From: Rhodoferax sp.
GTDB lineage: Bacteria; Pseudomonadota; Gammaproteobacteria; Burkholderiales; Burkholderiaceae_C
NCBI GenBank assembly: GCA_044344025.1
Contig: JBIJDQ010000001.1
Span: 1-36,107 of the forward strand
Direction of reading: 5' to 3'
DNA: 36,107 nt
Within the stretch, counting starts at the first letter, position 1; every line of letters begins with the position of its first letter. This document shows, one piece after another, positions 1-6,643 of this stretch. Both the position numbers and the translations under genes were made by a program. Under the pieces are notes generated by a model. It did not search any database. It worked only from the letters and a program-made list of their open reading frames with translations, and was not told the DNA's origin.

Positions 1-13
1 CGGCACGTTGCTT

Positions 14-382
14 TCAGTAATTCGCCCGCCAAATAACTTTGATGGGCAGTGTCGCAAGACAAACCGTAGCCGCCATGCGCGAAGCCAGTTTTCCATCAAC
101 TTGCATTAAAGTTCTGAAGCCCAGCAGATTAGCCAGCAACAGGGCTGATTCTTTGTCCCGTTTTGATAACTCCTGCAACGGTTTCAGTAAAACATGAGCC
201 GTCAATGCGCGCAAGTGCTGATGCATGGCCTGTTGTGATGGCCCCGCAAAATAGCGGGTGTTGGAATTGGCGTTCAGAAACAAAGCCACAGGGGCGAGCA
301 AAGCGGCCAAAAACACCAACTTCTTGTGATGCTCTGTGTCAGCTTCGATAAGGCCCATTGACTGCGCAGCATCAGCTGCCCG
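14..382 (-). pseudogene. 3' remnant of a hypothetical (helical) protein gene whose 5' part is cut off by the IS21 element
   Basis: Open frame ending at stop 14 runs into the IS21 terminal repeat at 383; residues upstream of ...RAADAAQS in the ORF track are IS sequence. Family not recognised; an intact short gene starting at MGLIEAD cannot be excluded. Confidence 0.5.
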
Positions 383-417
383 TGTTAGCGGCTGTGTAAT
401 AGAGCGCAAATTTGGCG
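383..417. repeat. IS21 right terminal inverted repeat (IRR)
   Basis: TGTTAGCGGCTGTGTAATAGAGCGCAAATTTGGCG aligns without gaps to the reverse complement of 3784-3818. Confidence 0.8.
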
Positions 418-446
418 AAGTTTTATGCTGGCGACGTCCAATAGCA

Positions 447-466
447 AAGGGGCCGATAGGCCCCTT
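447..466 (-). terminator. Hairpin downstream of the IS operon, probable intrinsic terminator
   Basis: AAGGGGCC-GATA-GGCCCCTT perfect 8-bp stem ~30 bp after the last IS ORF; only a weak U tract. Confidence 0.5.
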
Positions 467-494
467 GTTGTTATCGAATAGTGAACAACTCAAC

Positions 495-731
495 TCAAAA
501 CGGCACACCCTCATCGTCGTTGGAGCCGTCAATCTCTGACTGAGTGATCCGTGTGGCCTCCCAATATGCGTAAAGCTTGCCCTGATAACGGCTGTGAATC
601 ACATGCAGCAAATCCTGCAGCAACTCAGCCACGGCCACCACCTGCTCGGTGCTCCAGTCATCGTCAATCACCATAGGCAGGCCCGATTGCAGCCCTGAGG
701 GCAATTGCAAATGTTTCATGACGTGCTTCAT
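495..731 (-). CDS. Small acidic hypothetical protein of the IS21 element (78 aa, ends DDEGVPF)
   Basis: ATGA overlap with istB stop (728-731); lies inside the IS ends; fills the space between istB and the hairpin. Confidence 0.7.
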   Translation of the reverse strand: MKHVMKHLQLPSGLQSGLPMVIDDDWSTEQVVAVAELLQDLLHVIHSRYQGKLYAYWEATRITQSEIDGSNDDEGVPF

Positions 732-1483
732 GATTTGGCCCTTTTACGTTTTGATGTCAAATCAGCAGCACGCTCCTGCGCCTCCTTGAGGCGATAGGAC
801 TCCCCCTCTATACCAATCACCTCAGAGTGATGCACCAAACGGTCAATCAAAGACACCACGCAAGCAGCATTGGGAAACACCTCACCCCAATCGGCAAACG
901 CCTTATTGGTGGTCACAATCGTGCTCTTGGACTCATAGCGCCGGTTCACCAGCTCGAACAGCAAGTCGGCATGGCGGTTCGAATACGACAAATAACCGAT
1001 CTCATCAATCACCAACAAATCCGGATTGACGTAGTGACGCAGACGCCTGCGCAATGCCGCATCACTGTCCATGGCGGCCAACTCCCCCAGCATCTCACCC
1101 GCCGTGGTGAACCGCACCGTATAGCCCTGCACCAGAGCCTGGTGTGCCACATTTTTGGCCAACATCGACTTACCCACCCCGTTGTTGCCACGCAGCACCA
1201 CGTTGACAGACTGCGCCATGAACTCCAGCGTCATCAACGCTTCAATGGCCGCACGGTCGCACTGTTTGGGCCACGCCCAATCAAAGTCCGCCAACGCCTT
1301 AAAGCGTCCAATGCGTGCGCCACTCAAGCGTCGCTCAAGGCTGCGCTGGGCACGCGCTTGCTCCTCCCAGTCAATCAAACTGGGCAGCCAATCGGCATCG
1401 TTGAGTTCAGACCAATGTGCGAGCACGCCGTGCATGCGCAAATCGGCCGCACGTTTGCGCAGCCCCTCATTTTTTGGACTCAT
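728..1483 (-). CDS. istB: IS21 helper AAA+ ATPase IstB
   Basis: Walker A GNNGVGKS, Walker B LLVIDEIGY, TTN..F..W and DRLVHH motifs; start MSPKNE after AGGAGA RBS, overlapping the istA end. Confidence 0.95.
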   Translation of the reverse strand: MSPKNEGLRKRAADLRMHGVLAHWSELNDADWLPSLIDWEEQARAQRSLERRLSGARIGRFKALADFDWAWPKQCDRAAIEALMTLEFMAQSVNVVLRGNNGVGKSMLAKNVAHQALVQGYTVRFTTAGEMLGELAAMDSDAALRRRLRHYVNPDLLVIDEIGYLSYSNRHADLLFELVNRRYESKSTIVTTNKAFADWGEVFPNAACVVSLIDRLVHHSEVIGIEGESYRLKEAQERAADLTSKRKRAKS

Positions 1484-3020
1484 CACTGTCTCTCCTTGGG
1501 GTTTCGGGTTCAGTTTGGGATTGGGCTTGGGAGTCAGAGGCCGTGCTGCCCAATTGGTCGTAGCTGGCCAAGGGGTGGGCATGAATCACCGTGTCACGCA
1601 ACCTGACTTTTTCGCTCAACTGCACTGCCACTGGCGCCGGTTCTTGACGTGCTTCACGCTGGGCCTCCAGTGCCAGGCGAACCGCATTGGGGTGGGGAAC
1701 TTTGCGAGCCAGCGCTGTCAGCACCGCCGTCTGTACCTCGGTGGCTCCATAACGATCAACCAAACGCATCAGTGCTGAGGTGATTGAGCCCAAGTTCTCA
1801 CCGCGAGCGCCTGCCTGAGTGAGCAACTCCACGCTGGCGGGTACCGCCTGACGCAGGCGACCCATCCCGCGCTGGGCGTGCGCCTGGGCCTTGCGTTCAA
1901 CCAAATCTGTGATGTGTGACTCAGTCTCGATTTGTTGATCTTTGTCAAAGCTGCGCACATGGCTGGCCACCACCACAGAGCCATCCAGGATACGCACCGC
2001 CCTGGTGTCAGCCAGCACCGTGAGTGCTTTGCGCACCAGGGTGTGCGGGACCGAATAGTCATTGAGATCGAACCGCACATAGGGGGTCTTGCCGACCGTG
2101 ACCACCACCCGTTCTTCAACGGGATAGGGGTTTGCTGGCAAGGCCAGCAGGCGTGGCTTCTCCTGCACAAAGGCCTGTCCCACCGTCAGGGTCTTGTCTT
2201 GCGGACAAAGCCGCTCATCGGCGGGACCATTCACCCACGCATCGGCTTGGGCGTTGAGGTCATAGAGGTCGGTGAACGTGCGTGCGCAGAAGAAGTTGTC
2301 GCGGATGTAACGAATGGCACGCTCGACCCGACCTTTCTCGTTACCACGGGCCACCGCCACCGGACGGGGTTCGAAGTGGTAGTGCGCGGCAAACTCCAGC
2401 AGTGCTGGTGAGAAGCGAATCGCATCGCCCTGGCGTTCAAGGACTGCACTTTTAAGATTGTCATACAGCAGCACCCTGGGCAAACCACCCCAGGACTTGA
2501 AGGCCTCGACATGGCCACGCAGAAAGCTCTCCATGCGTGCATCCAGCGAGAAGCGCAAAAAAATGCGCCGAGACCAGGACAAGACGGCCACGAAAGCCAT
2601 CAGGGGGCGTTTGGCTTGGCCGATTTGCAGGTGGCCAAAGTGACCCCAGTCAATCTGGCCTTGTTCACCAACGAACGTGACCAAACGCAGGTACGCCTCA
2701 GGCAGAGCACGGGGTCGGTGCTGAGAGATGAGGTGGCGAAAGTGGTCAGGGCCGCCTTGGTAACCACGTACTTTGACCATGGCGTACAGGCGGCTGGCTC
2801 TGAGGTCTGGAAACTTCTTCAAAGTCTCCAGAATGAAGGGCAAGTAGGCATCGATGCGTGAGGCGCGCGCAGTGCCGATGCGGGGCAAACCTGCTTGGCG
2901 CAAGGCTCTCTCAACGGTGCCGTGGTGCACCTTCAATTGCCGGGCAATGGTGCCCACTCGCCATTGCTCGACATGGTAATAGCGCAGTATCTGGGCTCTG
3001 AGTTCAGGGGGCACGGGCAT
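1467..3020 (-). CDS. istA: IS21 DDE transposase IstA
   Basis: N-terminal HTH, GEQGQIDWG, LYDNLK and EKGRVER catalytic motifs, VRFDLNDYSVP beta-barrel; intact 517 aa. Confidence 0.95.
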   Translation of the reverse strand: MPVPPELRAQILRYYHVEQWRVGTIARQLKVHHGTVERALRQAGLPRIGTARASRIDAYLPFILETLKKFPDLRASRLYAMVKVRGYQGGPDHFRHLISQHRPRALPEAYLRLVTFVGEQGQIDWGHFGHLQIGQAKRPLMAFVAVLSWSRRIFLRFSLDARMESFLRGHVEAFKSWGGLPRVLLYDNLKSAVLERQGDAIRFSPALLEFAAHYHFEPRPVAVARGNEKGRVERAIRYIRDNFFCARTFTDLYDLNAQADAWVNGPADERLCPQDKTLTVGQAFVQEKPRLLALPANPYPVEERVVVTVGKTPYVRFDLNDYSVPHTLVRKALTVLADTRAVRILDGSVVVASHVRSFDKDQQIETESHITDLVERKAQAHAQRGMGRLRQAVPASVELLTQAGARGENLGSITSALMRLVDRYGATEVQTAVLTALARKVPHPNAVRLALEAQREARQEPAPVAVQLSEKVRLRDTVIHAHPLASYDQLGSTASDSQAQSQTEPETPRRDSDESKK

Positions 3021-3435
3021 GGTGTGGCTCTTTCTGGTGTGTCAAACGGGTAAGGCGACGGATGCGACGGCGTAGAAAGTCAATGCGCACAAACTCGACA
3101 CAGTCGCAGCCACAGAAATGGCACCTCCAGGGCTGCTGTGGCGCATCAACTTTGATTGCCATCACCTCGGGGGGCAGTAGAGCAGGCAGGCTTAAGGGTG
3201 GGGAACCCTGATGCGTCACTTTCGCGCGTTTTGCCAGCCAGCGGCGCTGTCTTTGGGCGTGGGCATGACGTCCACGCCTGCTGGCTTGGTAGCGTTTTCC
3301 TGCTGCGCGCACGCAGCAGGAACGTTGCTTGGGAGCGCAGTCTTCGCAGTAGCGGTTGCCATGATCACAATGGCTGCATATCAGCACCGGGGTGTGGCAA
3401 CAAGCGCACAGGTAACGCCTGGCAGGTGGCTCCAT
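3004..3435 (-). CDS. Cys-rich putative zinc-binding basic protein of the IS21 element (143 aa)
   Basis: ATG at 3435 (MEPPARRYLC); four CxxC pairs (CACC, CSHC, CEDC, CHFC) and an Arg-rich helix; overlaps istA start by 17 nt. Confidence 0.75.
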   Translation of the reverse strand: MEPPARRYLCACCHTPVLICSHCDHGNRYCEDCAPKQRSCCVRAAGKRYQASRRGRHAHAQRQRRWLAKRAKVTHQGSPPLSLPALLPPEVMAIKVDAPQQPWRCHFCGCDCVEFVRIDFLRRRIRRLTRLTHQKEPHHARAP

Positions 3436-3464
3436 CGGTAAATGGTGGCCGACGGGGGTTGGGC

Positions 3465-3494
3465 TAGACAGGGCCTGGTGTTTCGTGAAATACT
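3465..3494 (+). promoter_or_regulatory. Candidate outward-facing sigma70 promoter inside the IS21 left end
   Basis: TAGACA (3465-3470), 18-bp spacer ending in TGn, then AATACT (3489-3494). Confidence 0.4.
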
Positions 3495-3694
3495 GACACC
3501 GGCAACGTCGCCCTCCCGGGCTCGGGGCACGACATCGGTTGGAACTTGCGACGTTATTGGCCGGTGTCGTGCCTGCTTCATGAGCTTTTACGGCAAGGTC
3601 GGTTTTTACTCTCTCTTGGGCTGCTTGGCTACTGGATTCGATGCCAGTCAGGTGCGCCCACACATCAATTCACAACACCCTAATCACCAGCGCC

Positions 3695-3755
3695 GCGCGC
3701 CATGGGGGTGTTTGCACTCGCCCTTCGGGCTCCTTCCAACACCCCCATGGCGCGC
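3695..3755. repeat. Perfect 18-bp inverted repeat with inner GCCC-TTC-GGGC hairpin, near the IS21 left end
   Basis: GCGCGCCATGGGGGTGTT (3695-3712) / AACACCCCCATGGCGCGC (3738-3755). Confidence 0.9.
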
Positions 3756-3783
3756 AAATGCGAATTCCGTCAAATACCTTGGC

Positions 3784-3818
3784 CGCCAAATTTCCGCCTA
3801 TGTTGGTAGCCATTCACA
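3784..3818. repeat. IS21 left terminal inverted repeat (IRL)
   Basis: Reverse complement TGTGAATGGCTACCAACATAGGCGGAAATTTGGCG; IS630 coding sequence begins right after it. Confidence 0.8.
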
Positions 3819-4116
3819 ACAGGGCGAGTACCCCGGTATCGAGCAGCGGGCCAAGCGCGAGGGTGCAGAAATTCACTGGGGCGATGAAACAGCCCTGACC
3901 AACACCGATGTGCGAGGAAGAAGCTACGCGCCTGCAGGCAAAACACCTGTGGCACTGACCGTAGGCGGCACACGCCAAAAAATTTTCATGATCGCCACTG
4001 TCACCAACCAGGGCAAGACCCGCTAGATGATCATTGAGGAATCATTTCATGCCGACAAATTCTGTGAATTTCGGCAAGCGCTGATCAAGGACACAGGAAA
4101 AAAGGTGTTCCTGATC
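3819..4116 (+). pseudogene. IS630-family transposase internal fragment
   Basis: GEYPGIEQRAKREGAEIHWGDET...GRSYAPAGKTP...VTNQGKTR*MII...KKVFLI; in-frame TAG at 4024-4026; truncated at both ends. Confidence 0.85.
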
Positions 4117-4470
4117 ATGCTGACCGATATTGAGAGCGTATTTCGCAGTTTGAAGGGGGAACTGGGGTTGCGCCCGGTGTTTCACCAAACGCTAAACCGC
4201 GCCGATGGGCATTTGTTCATCACGGTGTTGGCGTATTAGTGCGTGCAGGTGGTTCGCAAGACGCTCAAGGCGGTGGCAATCCATGACAGTTGGAGCATCT
4301 TGAGGACCACCATGTCTGTGCAGCAGCGTGTGACCGCGAGCATGCAGCGCAGCGATGGGCGCACCATTCATATGCGCATGAGCACCAAGGCAGAGCCTGC
4401 GTTGATGCGCATTTACCCGGCACTGGGCATTAGTGCAGCGCCCGGGGGCACCAAAAAACTTGTCTTTTGA
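4117..4470 (+). pseudogene. IS1634-family transposase C-terminal fragment
   Basis: MLTDIESVFRSLKGELGLRPVFHQ...ADGHLFITVLAY*...DGRTIHMR...IYPALGI; in-frame TAG at 4237-4239; element end probably near 4563 (TGTTAAAGACCGG). Confidence 0.85.
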
Positions 4471-4651
4471 TGCGGAACATACGAGAAACATCAGAAGCTA
4501 AAAAAAAGTACGCTCTAAACTGATGATTTTCAGAGGTATTTTTTGAGGGATGTTAAAGACCGGTTAAATATCAAGCAGCAGGATTCGACGTTTTGGTGGG
4601 GTTTCCGTTCAGGCACTATGTAAGTACCATTCACCTTAGGAACATTATTTT

Positions 4652-5728
4652 TCAGGCGGTTTCCGCCTGGCTTTTGCTCCGACGTTTGGCTGCAAAGAAC
4701 ACAGCAACCAGACCAGCCAACATCAGGGCATAGGTTTCTGGCTCTGGCACAGCGGCAATGTTGCCCCTGAAAGCCACATCATTGATCTGGGCTGCGCCTG
4801 ACCAGTTAGCCACAATTACTTGGCCGTTGATCGTGCCGCCGCTGGTGCTGAAACTAGCCAGAGGGGCCAAAAACGACGCATTGAGGTAGGCACCGAAGGT
4901 GATTTGTTTGGCTTCCGGTAAGTTAAACAACACGCGACCTGAGGCAAAGTTACCGTAACTGTGTGCACCGAAGTCAACACTTTGGCCATGCACGTTGATC
5001 ACCACCGTGGTGTTGGTAGTTAAGCCTTCCAGGTTCAGATTGCCCGCCAAATCGGCACTGCTGAGGTCAAACACGGCGAGGCTTGCACCGTTGGCATTCA
5101 GAGAGAGGGTACCCCATGAATTGAGCACACTGCCGGTATTGGCCAATTCGTCAAAGGTTTGAGACAAATCAGTTGTGCGGGCGCGCTCGGCAGCAAAATC
5201 CATACCCAACACCATGCTGCCAGGGGCGGCTTTGATCGCTGTGCCTTCTTGATAATTGCTCAGCCCTGTTGCCTTACCACCGTAAGTAATGGAATTGGCA
5301 ACCAGCCACTGGTTACCCGCATTCAAATCACCTATCACCTTCAGGTTTCCTCCGAAACTACCCGTGCTGCTACTCAACAGGTTGCCACCCACAATGGTGT
5401 CGCCCAAGATGTTGCCGCTGATAAAGTTGAGATTGCCGCCGACAGTCAGACCCGTGCCGCTGTAGAGCGCGTTGTAACCGTTTTTGGTGTTGATTGAGTA
5501 ACCTGAAATGTTGGCGTTGCCACCAATGGCCACGCGGCCCTCCACGTCTGAGCTTGGAACCGAGAAATTGTCGAAGGCCAAAAGGTTAAGGCCAGCCGAC
5601 AAGCCCAAGGGGTTGCTTGGGTCGTAAGCCATGGCGGCGGGGGAGGAAAACAGCGCCAAAAGCACCAAGGCGGTAGCGAAGGTGTGCTGACGTTTCTTTT
5701 GGCTTTTGGCGGTGTCAACGGTGTTCAT
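4652..5728 (-). CDS. PEP-CTERM surface protein with choice-of-anchor A (collagen-binding-like) domain
   Basis: Signal peptide (..FATALVLLALFSSPAAMA), SDVEGRVAIGGN and VLFNLPEA motifs, C-terminal VPEPETYALMLAGL-TM-KRR; start chosen at MNTVDT. Confidence 0.9.
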   Translation of the reverse strand: MNTVDTAKSQKKRQHTFATALVLLALFSSPAAMAYDPSNPLGLSAGLNLLAFDNFSVPSSDVEGRVAIGGNANISGYSINTKNGYNALYSGTGLTVGGNLNFISGNILGDTIVGGNLLSSSTGSFGGNLKVIGDLNAGNQWLVANSITYGGKATGLSNYQEGTAIKAAPGSMVLGMDFAAERARTTDLSQTFDELANTGSVLNSWGTLSLNANGASLAVFDLSSADLAGNLNLEGLTTNTTVVINVHGQSVDFGAHSYGNFASGRVLFNLPEAKQITFGAYLNASFLAPLASFSTSGGTINGQVIVANWSGAAQINDVAFRGNIAAVPEPETYALMLAGLVAVFFAAKRRSKSQAETA

Positions 5729-5963
5729 TGGGGGTGTGCGCCGGAACGAACCGGCACTTTTATTCGTACCAATATTGTCAATTGGTAGGCGAAAAAATAG
5801 GGCACCAGCGGGCACCAGTGTTCTTTGGTGTCCGTGACAAATTCACGCTTTTTTCGGATAGATCAGGGGCCTGTGCCAGACGGGGTTACCGCCATAAGTC
5901 TGGCTGCTGTCAGGTCACGGTATGCCGTTACGTGATTGCTGGGATTGTCCAATTTTTGGTCTG

Positions 5964-6104
5964 TTCTCCGTCGGCTTCGGCACCGATCAACATGGAAATT
6001 TTGTCGCCCAGGCGTTGTGGAAGGCTGAATCAGTCAGCCGTGTTCCAGGGGTCAATCAAGCCGTTTCCCCATTCCTGGGCGACCACTTCGGCAACTTGTA
6101 CAGG
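5964..6104 (-). pseudogene. kynU: Kynureninase relic (47 codons, internal stop)
   Basis: Manual translation [46 protein letters not shown] resembles the KynU segment EWG.GLI.SWN.AGW..LP.R.GDKIA.LIGA; TGA at 6030-6032 replaces the conserved Trp. Confidence 0.8.
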
Positions 6105-6112
6105 TCAGGCCA

Positions 6113-6304
6113 TCAGCGATTGCTGCGAAGCGGCGAGTCTTTGGAGATGCCCCATGAGGTGTCAGGTGGTGGCCCCTCTGGCTCATAGGTCTTGTATTTG
6201 GCGGTGAAGTAAAGACCCAGGCCAAAAAAGACAATCAGTAGCACGGCACCTATCGCCAGCTTGAGTACAGTAATCCAGAGTTTCGGTTCCTTGTCATCAT
6301 CCAT
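6113..6304 (-). CDS. Small single-pass membrane protein, hypothetical (63 aa)
   Basis: GAGG RBS before ATG, one hydrophobic helix, Pro-rich tail, 21 bp downstream of YkgJ gene. Confidence 0.65.
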   Translation of the reverse strand: MDDDKEPKLWITVLKLAIGAVLLIVFFGLGLYFTAKYKTYEPEGPPPDTSWGISKDSPLRSNR

Positions 6305-6325
6305 GCCAACCCCTCAATCTGTTCC

Positions 6326-6628
6326 TCATAAGGCCGACAAACCATGACGGTGACGTGCCATTTGGCAGGCATCGCTGCATTCGGAAAACTCCCGGCAAGG
6401 TGAAGGGCGCCATTCGTAAATGCTGCAAACTACTTTTTCGCCGAGTTTGCCACTGAGTGCAGAACAGCGTGCTGGCTGGTGGTCGGTACCGCGCATACGG
6501 CAAGTTCCAGGCGTGACATCCACAGTGAGGCCAATCGGCACCTGTCCACCTGAGTCCGAGCGTTCTTCAACCGAAAAATCAACCCGGAAACTTGCGCAAC
6601 ATACGCCGCAGTTTGTGCAGGCGCTCAT
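6326..6628 (-). CDS. YkgJ-family cysteine cluster (CxxCxxCC) protein
   Basis: CTNCGVCC...CSIYEWRPSPCREF...ACQMARHRHGL. Confidence 0.9.
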   Translation of the reverse strand: MSACTNCGVCCASFRVDFSVEERSDSGGQVPIGLTVDVTPGTCRMRGTDHQPARCSALSGKLGEKVVCSIYEWRPSPCREFSECSDACQMARHRHGLSAL

Positions 6629-6643
6629 GGCGATGTGGCTGAC

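Larger units (their letters stand above)
383..3818 (-). mobile_element. IS21-family insertion sequence, 3,436 bp, four ORFs (Zn-finger ORF, istA, istB, small acidic ORF)
   Basis: TGT...ACA ends; imperfect 35-bp terminal inverted repeats 383-417 and 3784-3818 (22/35 identical, including AAATTTGGCG); encloses istA-istB. No flanking direct repeat. Confidence 0.88.

Noticed and set aside
827-2861. Several plus-strand ORFs over istA/istB
   Set aside because: Antisense shadows of well-supported transposition genes
3436-3663. N-terminal extension of the Zn-finger ORF to 219 aa
   Set aside because: The extension crosses the hairpin-rich region and looks non-protein-like; ATG at 3435 immediately precedes the Cys cluster
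3442-4026. 194-aa plus-strand ORF
   Set aside because: It reads through the IS21 non-coding end and IRL into the IS630 fragment; a junction artefact in which only the last ~68 residues are transposase-derived
5729-5960. sigma54 promoter or PrsR enhancer for the PEP-CTERM gene
   Set aside because: TGGCAC occurs on the minus strand near 5873-5878 but lacks the correctly spaced TTGC; no clear enhancer palindrome
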